Source: Priapulus caudatus (Eukaryota). From it: 37,934 nt of DNA. A program made the position numbers and the translations under genes. Under the pieces are notes generated by a model. That model saw only the letters and a program-made list of their open reading frames with translations. It was not told the origin of the DNA and did no database searches. Positions 25,106 through 36,328 of this stretch are shown here, piece after piece; position 1 is the stretch's first letter, and each line of letters opens with the position of its first letter. The DNA lies in the NCBI RefSeq assembly GCF_000485595.1, contig NW_014577088.1:179049-216982 (forward strand), read 5' to 3'.

Positions 25106-26766
25106 CCGTTACTACCTCGTTACCACTCCACCTCCCCGCCTCCCTCCCTCCCAACCTACCTCCCTACCCGCCAGCCTACCATGAGACAGGTTCTTACTAG
25201 AAACAAGCTTTATACGCGAACATTTCACTGCCAACTATTGTTGGCATGATTATATTTTAATTGCAAAGATTGTTTTATTATACCACTTTCTAACATCATA
25301 TATAAATTCCATTTAAAGTTATTCACGAACGGAAATTGTAAACTGGAATCGTAAATTACAAGTTTTTATATAATAGATGCATGCATGTTCAACATGCATA
25401 TTCATAACAGTGTTACAGGAACTTTATCTGTTGAAAATAACTCAGGTCCCATTTAACAGACCTATATTGTGGTTTCCAATCGTTTTTGGGGGTGGGAGCC
25501 AAAAGGTATACGTGTAACGCAAGTAGCGATATTTGGCAATAAGCATTTAACGTATTTGCACGCTCCGATAAATAATGCAACGCGAGCACATGGCAGCTAT
25601 TCTGGGAGTATAGTTCAGCAAATATTGGAAATTTTTCAATGTAAATTACATTCCACTTGGCGCAAATGGTATAACACTATATCTCCGTTCTTGACGTTCA
25701 ATAACCCGTAAAATAAATATATAAGCTTATTCCGTAAATAGAATAGCGTCTAATCAACACATTTAGTCAACATCATGCAGTTAGATACGCGAGCCAAAGT
25801 CTCGAGTAGATATGACTTATTATAATTCAAATATTATTCTATAGTCATCTGAATACACCCAATCCAATCGGATTTCGTTACTAAAAGGTACTGTGGAACT
25901 TGCGGAACAGATGGGCATTTGTGTGGTGTGCCTTCATTACAAGATGCAGTCTGTGGAATAAGTAGAAATCTGACAATTTAACTTTAACGAGAAATTGGAG
26001 ATGATGGATTCAGGCTGGGTATTCGTGATTAATAGCGTTTTTTTCCATGCAGCCATCATCGGTACTGCACTGAGTCATGTCATTGAATAGAGTGCTTACA
26101 AACGTAATCGGCAACCAAGGAACGAACATTGCTTTTTGATTATCGGAGAAGGGAAATTTTGTTAAATGAAATAGAATCTGAAACTGCTGATAGCAATGAG
26201 ATCGGTTGGAATAAAAGTTAAATAGGAACATGTGTGATCAAGTAACTTGTGCATATGTGGCATAGCTTGGCGCGTCGGCGCGCGCTGTGCGTGCCGTGCT
26301 CCGGGTGCGTGCGTGCGTGTGCGTGTTGTGCGTGTGTGTGGTGTTGTGTGTGTGTGATGTGCTGCGTGCGCGCCATCCGCGTGTGTTACTGTGTACGTGT
26401 GTTTTAACCAGCTATAGGGCGTACGTGCGCAGTAAGATATTATCCAGGAAGTGTATCAAAATGCTGTGGTTTTGAACACTCGCTCACATCACACCACTCC
26501 TTTTGGATACACTCCTGATATATTCAGGGTCAAGATAATACTACGAATCTCTATATTATCTTACCTCCTGCATTTATGTCTTTGAACATGAAAGTGGATG
26601 CAAGGCTAAAACATTTCTCGAGTGCATCAGCGGGCTAGTCTATCGAACACCTCATGGAATAGAAAGCGATTTGGCGCGTTAAGATAAAATTGTAGAATAA
26701 TATGACATGTTCACCGTGGCGAGGTGCATGGGGTCGTGGTTGTACAAAGGGCCGTGAATAACCAGG

Positions 26767-27662
26767 TTTTTGAGCTCAATCTGAGCATAGTCAGATGCAG
26801 CTTGATAGACTCTTGAGTCGTCGCGTTCCGTCCGTCGCGTCCCGTCCGTCCGTCCGTCCGGTCCGGTCGGTCGTCAAACAGTGTGGCACTAAATCGTTAC
26901 CGTTGACGTAACGGTCACGATATTCGGGTCGTTGGTCGGGATCGCGTCAAACGAGTTTGGTGATGTCGAAGCTGGGCGGTCAAAGGTCAAGTCAAAGAGG
27001 TGTACAAAGAAGGGGGAACATTCACTCCGTAACTTAAGTATACGAGGAAATGCAGAATTGCGGCACCAAATCTAAACGGCTCGACCTAGGCTCTCGTGAG
27101 TAGTCCGGATGGGTATACGCATCATGGTAAGGAAAAGCCATCACTTGGCCGAAATTGAGGATCACAGTGTCATAAGGTAATGGCAACAGGGCAGACTTTT
27201 AGACATTTTCTGAGCGACGATGGTCTGACGGACGATTGAAAAACTTTTTTGTTCCAGCGTGACCTTACGCTTTTTTATGGCTTTATTTGAAAGGACCATG
27301 AAATCTGGCTTCCGCTGCCGTGCGAAAGAGTTAAGTGTGCTGATAACCTTTGACCCTCAAAGAGGAGCGTAAACATGGATTTGTTGACTGTTACACAATA
27401 GGAGTGAACTGGCTTTTGCTATTTAGAGCCCGCTCCCCCCACCTCCCCCTTCCCCTCCCCCCTCCCTACCCGCCCTTCCCCCACCCCTCCCCCACCCTCC
27501 ATCTCGAAGTGGGCGTGTCCTAACAAATCTGAATGTGTACGCAAGCTGGCGTGCTCTGCGATATCTGCGCCTAACAAATGTACTACGCCGAACGACTGAA
27601 TTTCTACGTTTTAATCGTAGCAACAGACCTCAGATGAGCCCAGACGCTCTGCGGCGCTCTGT
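26767..27662 (+). mobile_element. Complete HINE/DINE-1-like (Helentron-associated) non-autonomous element
   Basis: 5' T-run with subTIR gctcaatctgag and its partial inverted repeat, (CCGT)n, 3' subTIR ctcagatgagc, and terminal hairpin cagacgct-ctgc-ggcgctctg. Empty site at ~17282 in the duplicate copy. Confidence 0.8.
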
Positions 27663-28121
27663 ATAATTAGAGGAACTGAAGCATTTGACATAGGCATCGC
27701 ACTATAATATGCAACATCATCGTTATGTTGTTGCAATGCCCCTGCTGTGATGTTGGTTATTTATTATTGAACATTTCTTGCCAGAAAATAGAAATCTTAG
27801 AGCAATTTCCTCGGTGTTGTGCAGAATTATTTGAAATATAGAAAGCTCTTGATTATATTGGGATATTTCTACTTGAATACACTGCGCTGAGCAGTAGGCG
27901 TAAGGCTTGAACTGAAAATCGATGTTAATTCTAAAAGGAAAAATTCTGCAAAAATTAATTACCTCACTTATAATTTGAAAAGGTTTGCACGAACCAGCTG
28001 GGCTTTGTTTGTTTTTAATCACGTGGTAAGCGAGAAAACACATTTAATTCGGGATCCATCTGTGTGTGTTCAAAAATGTCGTTATGTGTGTATATATACA
28101 TATATATGTGTATATATATAT

Positions 28122-28166
28122 CAGAAGTTGATAATAGGGAATCGCTCCTGCTATTATCTACCTCTG
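28122..28166. mobile_element. Mini-palindrome, P-like footprint (CAGAGGTAGATAATAG arms)
   Basis: 16-bp arms with 2 mismatches and a 13-nt filler. Flanked by ATATATAT inside an AT repeat, so the TSD is uninformative. Confidence 0.5.
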
Positions 28167-28940
28167 ATATATATACATATATACATAATATGTACATGTA
28201 TATCCCATTCAACTGCTGCTTGTTTCAAAAGAGGATACATTTTCTTGAAATTCTATTGAAAATTGATATTTCCCCGTGACAAAAGACAAGAGTTTTACAC
28301 CTATATTCCTGCATGCTTGGCTTTCCTTTACCAAATTTTTTCATGATTATATCGATTGGCCATTTACTACTTATAATGTAAAGATTTTCACTTTTTCATG
28401 CTGCGCTTCTCATAATCTGTAGTTTCGGTAAAATTTTGTGCATTTCTGATTCTTACTTTAAATATGTTATGGGCTTTTACCGTATAAGCCGGTTCGTTCT
28501 CGCTAAGCCAATACAGTAGTTAAATAGCTGCAGTCAATAATGCGGTGCATTGGTAATGCAGGTTTACATGCCGCAACAGCTGTGCATGCTGTTGATAGAT
28601 GATGGCTTCTCGTATTTCTAACCGTGGCATTCTATGAATAATGACCAGCCCACCTCAATCTCAATCAACGAAAAATCTCGAATGCACCGCACTTATGACT
28701 TCTAAATGAAGCCAGTAGGGCGCATGGGCTTGTTATTATTATTATTATTATTTATTTATTATTATTATAACATTAATTATTGATAATGTATTATTAGATC
28801 TTGATTATATGTATAGATAGTGAATCACATTTAGCGGAGCACGAATGCGTTTCTCTTGATCCATTATTTGTGGCTGGTAATATTAACACGCGTGACTCAC
28901 TTGTGTGCTATCGCGTGCATTAATATTACATGTATTATAC

Positions 28941-29025
28941 ATGTATATACTATTAGGATGTATATACTATTAGGATGTATATACTATTAGGATGTATATA
29001 CTATTAGGATGTATATACTATTAGG
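28941..29025. repeat. 17-bp minisatellite (atgtatatactattagg) x5
   Basis: Direct reading. Confidence 0.95.
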
Positions 29026-29163
29026 TAAGACTATGTTATCGACTCTTTCCTCCCGGCAACAAAATCTGCGTCTAGTTGTCAATAATGGTAGTCACCAGGA
29101 ATAGCTATTTCTCCTCGTTGCTTTTCTACTCTCACTTAGCACAGGCACTCTCTCTTTCGCTCT

Positions 29164-29230
<67 letters not shown>

Positions 29231-29240
29231 NNNNNNNNNN
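29231..29240. other. Assembly gap (10 N) after (CT)n
   Basis: N run. Confidence 1.
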
Positions 29241-29306
29241 TTTATTATTATTATATTAGTATGCAGAACCTCGTGCACCATTTCTAATCCTGATTACGTT
29301 TTGCAG

Positions 29307-30377
29307 GTGTTCGTTGTTCGGAGGGCGGGACCCCGCAGCCGTCGGCGGCGGCAGGGATACGGCCGACAAAGCCTGCTGCCGACAGCGAGCAGATTGCGGC
29401 GGCCACGAGTAATTCCGAGCAGGATTACGTGTGGGACTATCCGTCTCCGGAACTCGAGTACGCGCCCGACGCGAGCAGCGTGCTGTGTGAGGGCCATTAC
29501 TTCAGCGGGCCGTGTCAGGAGCTGCACCGCGAGCACTCATCGAAAACGAACCGCGTCATCGACGAGCTCATCAACCAGCTCGAGGAAAGCATCCCTTCTG
29601 AGGGCGTGCGCGCGAACGCAGGGGGTCGGGTTGTTTCCGGCGGCGCGCGTTTGGAATCCGACGCCGGGCCAGCGACAAAGTCGTCTCGTCAGGCGCGGCG
29701 GCTGTCCCCAAGCGACCCGCTCGCGTCCGGGCCGGTAATCTTTGCCGACGAAACAGTTGCCGACTCCGCGCAGAATCCCGATTCGCAGTCGGCGAGTACT
29801 GCGATCAATATCGGCGAAGTCGCGCACGGCAACGGCCATCACGCGCGCGACCTTCGTCAGTGCGTGCTGCGGCAGAACAGTGGGTGGCGCCATCAGGAGG
29901 GAGATTCGGCGCTCGGTGGGTCGCCCGCGCTCGGCGCTGCGGGTGCGCGCTCCTCACTGCCCAGCTCGAGTCCCGGCTCCGGCAACAGCGGCGTGCGCGA
30001 GGTGCACTTCTCGCTCGACGACAGCCTCGAGTGGGACTCGCCGACGCTGTCCCGCAAGTATCTGTCGGGCTCGCCGGACGACGCGGAGACGAGATCGGGC
30101 GACGGCGGCGGGGAGGCGACGCCCGGAGGAGCTGCGCTCGAGCATGCGGCTCGCGCGGCGCGACTGAGCGAACCGGTGGGTAACGCGGCCCCGCGGCAGA
30201 ACTCGCCTGCGGCGGAGGCGGCGGCGGCGGTGACGTCACATACCGGCTGCACACAGGGGCCACCTGTCACCCTCGGCGACGCGCACAGCGTAGTTCTTTC
30301 GGAGAGTTTTTACGAGGAGAGATTGGGAGGAAACATGTCTGATGCTGGTCGCAAGAAGCTCGTGTCGCAAACGAGCG
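29307..30377 (+). CDS. Large internal coding exon (1071 nt, Ser/Ala/Gly/Pro-rich, probably disordered)
   Basis: Acceptor ctgattacgttttgcag| and donor AGCG|GTGAGT. Stop-free in the 29429..30409 ORF frame from the acceptor onward (VRCSEGGTPQ...KKLVSQTS). Sharp GC-rich island in AT-rich flanks. Phase 1 at both ends. Confidence 0.85.
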
Positions 30378-31122
30378 GTGAGTACAATTTTACTATTACA
30401 ATTTCGTGATATAAATGTGTTGAGGTGTCGATCACGATGCGTCTGCTTCGTAGTATAATATACTATAGGTCAACGTTCAGATTCCATTCTATGCAATATG
30501 TGTGGACAGTATGTGAGTTTACAAGGATATAATTATAGATAAAATTACTATATATCGCATTGCAGATGGTCATGTGCTGCCATCTCTGGAACAAATTATG
30601 AATAATAAGTTGTAGTATATAGGTGCAGAGAGTAGAGTAACATAATTTCAGGAGTCAGCAATAATTCAGCAATAATTAAGGGTTGGCATACATGCATATA
30701 TATATATTTATTTATTTATATAACTCAGAAGACATTTAGACCTATAGTTAATGTGCCCACCACCTCGGTCTTTGCAGCTGGTTCTGTTAAGCCAAACACA
30801 CGTACCGATCAACGTCTGCCTGGACTTATTTCTGTTATTCTCTAAATGAAAACTCAAAGCCATTACTGTTCTCTACCCTAAATGCCAAAGGTCCACCTCC
30901 GGGCTAAATTGTCTGTTAGTTATTTTCACATTGATACACCTCCATTGAAACTGTCCTGACCTTGGTTGTGTATGGTTGCGACTGTGGATTGTGCAAGCGC
31001 ATTTGTGTTGGCACTTGCCAACGCTTTGAACGCTTTGAACGCGCCATGCACATATCAAAGCTCAAAGCTACATAGTAGCGACACCTAGTAGTGTAGAAAT
31101 CACAATACCTATTACTTACGAT

Positions 31123-31165
31123 CAAGAGCCCATTAACCCCAATTTAAGAGGTTAATGGACTCTTG
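31123..31165. mobile_element. Mini-palindrome, P-like footprint (CAAGAGYCCATTAACC arms)
   Basis: 16-bp arms with 1 mismatch, exact 7-bp TSD TTACGAT. Confidence 0.75.
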
Positions 31166-31852
31166 TTACGATGCAGTGCCTCTTTGCTGTGCATTTCTTG
31201 TAACCTCGCATCTGTTATATTTTATGAGCAGAGCTAGAGCACTATTTTATCTCTTAGCTGTTATGAGTTTGTTTGAATGAACTTATCGCGCAAGATAACT
31301 GTAATATTTCCTCTTGTGATATTTCCTCCTATGATAAATGTGGTTATTACTTAGGGATGATATTTGTCATAGTTTAAATGAAGAATTACTGTCAAAGGAT
31401 ATTTATGAAGTCGGTTCTGTTTAATGTTAACGGGAGAATGACAGCTTTTCTCTTCAGCTTTACATGAGTGTAAGATAGACGTATAATAGACATGCTGTTT
31501 ACGGAATTAATTGGGCGTGCATCAGTAGGGATGGATTCAATGAAGGCGGGTACGTCCGGGGGTCAATGCGGTTGTGACTACGTGCCCCGATATTTCTATA
31601 TATATTTATATAAAGTTGTTCAGCCGAATTAGTCCGTACTCGCATATTAAACTAGAGAACTCCGCAGCCTAGAGGAAAACTAAAGATATTTTCAGAATCA
31701 GCACGTCTGCATGGAGAGGTGGTTCTGGCTGAAACAAAAATTTTAAAAAGTTAAAAAGTTAAAAATGGATAAAAATTCTATTCATCAATAGATGGCGATG
31801 CGTACAGATTAAAACATCACGTACGTGTAAATCCATGGTGTACGACCTTAAC

Positions 31853-31924
31853 GGCGCAGTGGCATAATCGCTAGAACATCCGTCTCCTACACCGGGATTC
31901 CGGGTTCGAGTCCCAGCTGGGGAA
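31853..31924 (+). other. tRNA-derived (SINE-head-like) sequence, copy 1
   Basis: A-box-like TGGCATAATCG, B box GGTTCGAGTCC with T-arm pairing, downstream T-runs. The acceptor stem does not pair. Confidence 0.6.
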
Positions 31925-32203
31925 CTTATTTTCCCCTTTTTTCATTTTTTCCCTTTACCTAGTACCTCTTTAGTATGTATTATTTTTAATTTCTTACTTT
32001 TTTATTTTTATTTTTTATTTTTAATGTTTTTTATCTTTTGATTTCTTAAAAAACTAAAGATATTTTCAGAATCAGCACGTCTGGGAGGTGGTTCTGGCTA
32101 AAACAAAAATTTACAAAAGTTAAAAAGTTAAAAATTGATAAAAATTCTATTCATCAATAGATGGCGGTGCGTGCAGAGTAAAACATCACGTACGTGTGAA
32201 TCC

Positions 32204-32238
32204 CACGAACTAAAGCTAACGTTAGTTTTAGTTCAGTG
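32204..32238. mobile_element. Mini-palindrome insertion (CAC[T]GAACTAAARCTAAC arms), with empty site in the adjacent tandem copy
   Basis: Absent at the equivalent position in the first tandem unit (~31827-31834, gtaaatcc). Filled site is flanked by gtgaatcc / ataaaatcc. Confidence 0.65.
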
Positions 32239-32265
32239 ATAAAATCCATGGTGTATTCCTTTAAC

Positions 32266-32337
32266 GACGCAGTGGCATAATCGCTAGAACATCCGTCTTT
32301 TGCACCGGGATCCCGGGTTCGAGTCCCAGCTGGGGAA
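32266..32337 (+). other. tRNA-derived (SINE-head-like) sequence, copy 2
   Basis: Same A and B boxes; the anticodon-loop region differs from copy 1. Confidence 0.6.
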
Positions 32338-32438
32338 CTTATTTTCCCCTTTTTTCATTTCTAATTTCTTACTTTTTTATTTTTATTTTTTATTTTTAAT
32401 GTTTTTTATCTTTTGATTTCTTATTGTTTTTTACTGTT

Positions 32439-32712
32439 TGGGATGGGATGGGATTGCATGCATGCGATGGCATGGCATGGCATGGCATGGCATGGCATGG
32501 GATGCGGTGCAATGGGATGGGATGGGATGGGATGGAATGGGATGGCATGGCATGGGATGTCATGGCATGTCATGGCATGGCATGTCATGGGATGGGATAT
32601 TGGATGGGATGGGATGCGGTGCGATGGGATGGGATGGGATGGGATGGCATGGCATGGCATGGCATGGCATGGAATGGGATGGATGGATGGATGCATCGAT
32701 GGATGCATGGAT
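32439..32712. repeat. (GATGG/CATGG)n pentanucleotide microsatellite
   Basis: Direct reading. Confidence 0.95.
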
Positions 32713-33670
32713 AGATAGCTAGCTAGATTTTTTTGGGTATTTTCCTTTCAACCAAGCGGTCACCAACTGAGTAACGCCACTGATTTCCCCGGGCAATCCG
32801 CTAGTCCAGAATGTGGAAATAACTAAGAAATTGTTTTTAAGCAAACATTTTGGGCCATGAATACAGAACACGTTACATGTTAAAATGGCGAATCAGTGTG
32901 CGTGTCCGTGGATTTTCCTCGCTAGCTATATAGTGGAAGCAAATTTGTCAGAGTATATCGTTTCATCGTTGTGCTGAGCTTCATTCAGCGCGTTTCCGCT
33001 AAATCACCGACCTCACAGACACACTATATACATGGCTCTACAGTCAGAGTCTACAGTCTACCGATAAGCGGCTGCACATCGCAGCGTGCCAAATGAAATC
33101 TAATGTCTCTTGATGGACTGTGGCAGCAATTATCGTATGAAAGTTTAATGTGTGCTCGCGATGCGCAGCGAGCAAGCAAGCTGGTGGGTGGGTGGCGGCG
33201 GTTTCGTAGTCTTCCGCAGTTACGACCAGCTGATTGATTTTCCCTTTACGCGTCGAGTAGAGAAGAGTGGCGCGCGCGCGTACCTTTTAGATACACGGCG
33301 ACGTGTGCCGCTGCATGCATGCAGAAGCGTTCTACGCGTAGCGGGAGAGTGAGTGCATGAGCCACGGTGAAACACGCACGCCGCCGTCGCGCTCGCACGT
33401 CGAATATGTAAATTCAGACGATGGTGAAAGCGTTGATCAAGCGTTCTCAGCGGGGAAGAGTGCTGTGTAATAACTTTACTTACGTGTCCGGAAATCGTGA
33501 AGTGTTTTACGGCATTAAGTTCGGTGTCTTTGTGCCTCAGTGATCGTTATCGCTCACCGCGCGTTTTTGTGTCTTAATATATATTCTTCGCCGATTGGTG
33601 TTCGAAATACTAAAGACATGTTTTGCTGCATTGCATCCGACTGGGCGGTACATCACTCTGTGTGAAACAT

Positions 33671-33698
33671 ATGGCAAGATTTCTCCGGAAGATTGTGT
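33671..33698 (+). CDS. Possible alternative first coding exon (MARFLRKIV/L)
   Basis: ATG plus 28 nt, then GTAAGG donor in phase 1, compatible with exon 34224. Preceded by a non-repetitive CpG-rich stretch at ~33150-33600. Confidence 0.3.
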
Positions 33699-34223
33699 GT
33701 AAGGAGCGAACTGAAGAACTATTATAACTTTATATATTTATCTTGTGTAATTTTGACTTATATATTTTAAACTGTAATTTTTATATTATAAACGATTTTC
33801 CCTTCCTGTTTTTCAGCGAATTTCAGTGGGGATGTGCGTAGTTGCGTAGTTATGTCAACGTAAATATTGATGTCCAGTTGGCTGCTGTAAAAACGATTGC
33901 AGTCAAGTGCGCTTAAAAATGATGTTAAAGCTGATTCTGAACCTAGCAAAGGTTGAAGCCATAGGATGATCGAGACAATAGTTATGTTATCAAATATATT
34001 CATCCGTGTCTATGTATAGTTTTTGTTTCATTACTATGTGTTGTCTAATTAGGCAATCAATGACCAGGTAATACAAAGGTTTTTACGTTTTAGTGTGTAA
34101 CTTCCAGTCAGTAATTTCATGTAGATATTATAAGATATACTTTCTTGCTCATTCTTTCCAGGTGATAATGGCGGTGGTCTTTATGTGTACGTGTAAATAT
34201 TTAGTTTTGATGTTTGTTTACAG

Positions 34224-34290
34224 TGGATGGGCAGAGTTTAGTGCAGCAATGGGTCAATGCTATTCCAGGCAGCCCCAAGAAGAAGAAGGC
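34224..34290 (+). CDS. Coding exon (V)DGQSLVQQWVNAIPGSPKKKK(A), ITPRID/SSFA2-like gene
   Basis: Acceptor tgtttgtttacag| and donor GGC|GTAAGT. 67 nt, phase 1 to phase 2, in frame with both neighbouring exons. Confidence 0.75.
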
Positions 34291-34686
34291 GTAAGTACAT
34301 GGTTTGACCATTTAAGCTTATAGTTACACGTGAATGAATGATGTAGCTTGTCGTATGAAAGCGCTTGTGTACAAAATTCAAAACATGTATTTACCTTTTT
34401 CTCATTACATAAGAAAAAATACATGTCCATGTTAACCCTGGTCATGTGGTTCTAACTCTGCTCATAGAAGTATGTACAGTTCTCTGAAATGTTCTACAGT
34501 TTACTATTATATTAGTAGAGTTATATTAAATATTAAGACAATTTTCATTACTTCTCGTAATTAGCCTAGCAAGCATTGGTTCATTTTAAATATTTACCAG
34601 TGTCTTTAGTCAAAAATGTGTAACTGCATACTTCGTCTTGTAATATAGTTGCAGAGAGATGTATATTTGTTCTCAATTACGTGCAG

Positions 34687-34805
34687 GCAAGTTCCCAATA
34701 TAAGTGTGACGGATCCTGATACGGCAACAACTAGAAATATTAGCGAGGGCGGTTCTGATTCTGTCTTTACCCACGCTGATGATGAACTCTACCTTGGAGC
34801 TGAAG
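34687..34805 (+). CDS. Coding exon (A)QVPNISVTDPDTATTRNISEGGSDSVFTHADDELYLGAE, ITPRID2/SSFA2(KRAP)/TESPA1-family-like
   Basis: Acceptor ctcaattacgtgcag| and donor GAAG|GTAAGG. 119 nt, phase 2 to phase 1. DDELYLGAE resembles the EDDLSLGAEA motif I recall from SSFA2/TESPA1 proteins (from memory, not searched). Confidence 0.75.
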
Positions 34806-36328
34806 GTAAGGCAATCGTGTATATAAGCTTACATAGCAGATCATAGCGTGTAAAGGCGAGCCCGTCTCTTGAGGCATAGCAATAGTTGAAAGAGCCCAGG
34901 GGCTGGTGGATGATATGGGCTATGGGCTATGATTAGAAATTGGTCGCTCATTGCTAACATGGCCTCAGTTGGTTTGGACTAAATGTTGTCGTTTAACCTA
35001 CTGGAATCATGCCTCGTATTGCTGGCCCAGCCCTCTTGTAGCAATATATAAAGAGATGTTTTCGATGTTTAAGATTAGCCTTACAAATCGGTCAATATTA
35101 ATTTGTGAAATTGCAGCCATTGTATTTGTTTTGCTGTTAATTAAACTATACATACGGTAAATTAATCAGTAAATCCAACCTTGTCCGTTTTCATGAACGT
35201 ATTCTCAAAAGAAATTTCAAATGGAATCTTTACTTCATTTGTATCTGCAATACATGATCATGTTTGCAAACACACGCATGCTTGAATACAGATGCTTAGA
35301 TACACACATGCATATATATATAGCTGACACTACGACAGCTTGCTGCAGTGCAATGTCAAATTATCCTGCGTAATTAAAAAATACTTGGTTTTTAACATTT
35401 TTACTCTGTTCACGTAACTTAATTATTTGATAAAACCCGTTCTGTTTTAATACTTGTTGTTCATAATACTTTAACTGATATTTTAAAATTTGTACCTAAT
35501 GATTCCTTAGTCAAGATCATGCATATATTCAATATTTGTCTCCGTATTTCCAATTTGCCAAAACATGTTTTTGTTTTAAAACGTTTGAAGTGGAATTAGT
35601 CTTCAGTTATGCTACATAACTGTGCTGTATAATTCAGTGAGGTATTTACTATTTATTATGACCCTGCCGAACTAAAGGAGATTGCTAACTTATTTTCGAT
35701 GGCTTCAGTTCTTGTAATATTGCATTTAGTTTTCGTAGGAACCACTGAAAATTTCCCATTGATATGACGTGTTGTCATTAAATTCATGTAATTTAAAAAA
35801 AAACCTCTTGAGAAATTTTGACTGACAGTGTTACATCCCCAGTGTGTTCCCTTCCCGCGTTTATCTTCCCGTAATATATTTGAACTTGTAGTCTTTTTCT
35901 ATTATTTAAGTTGTATATCAATCATAAGCCGCAGTGTGTTGTGCTGTATAGAAAGGCGTGCTGTGATTATATATCATGGCTGGGGACGAGTCCGCGTAAA
36001 ATTCTATAGTGAATCTTGGGCGTGTGCAAACCGAGGCAAGCATAGGTTTTGTTGAGAGAAAAAATGTATCAATGTGTTTTACAAAAAAAATTTCAGTTTG
36101 GATCTATTAAATTCAATTAGTGATGTTTTTTAAACATTTATAGTAAAAAGGTTTTCACCGGGGTTTCATGCACTTATACAAAACAGTGCTTGTTTCATCG
36201 AGTTATTGTTAGATTATGGGAAACTTTCATCGACTCGCAAGAGCTTGATGCAATATTTACTGCCTCAAGTCCTAAGTAAGATAAATCCACTCTGTGGTAA
36301 TTTGTGTTACAGTCGTGATACTCCATTA

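Larger units (their letters stand above)
31676..32422 (+). repeat. Tandem duplication of a ~370-bp unit (31676-32047 and 32050-32422)
   Basis: Both units begin aaaactaaagatattttcagaatcagcacgtctg and end ttttatcttttgatttctt. Confidence 0.9.

Noticed and set aside
28789..28810. Additional footprint (tattattagatcttg-attatat); similar half-sites at ~17468 and ~30649
   Set aside because: Only one arm is recognisable, so neither a palindrome nor a TSD can be shown.
29537..30270. Overlapping antisense and alternative-frame ORFs
   Set aside because: Expected shadows of a GC-rich exon; only one frame is consistent with the downstream exon phases.
31853..32337. Functional tRNA genes
   Set aside because: The acceptor stem does not pair and the two copies differ in the anticodon region; better read as SINE-like heads.
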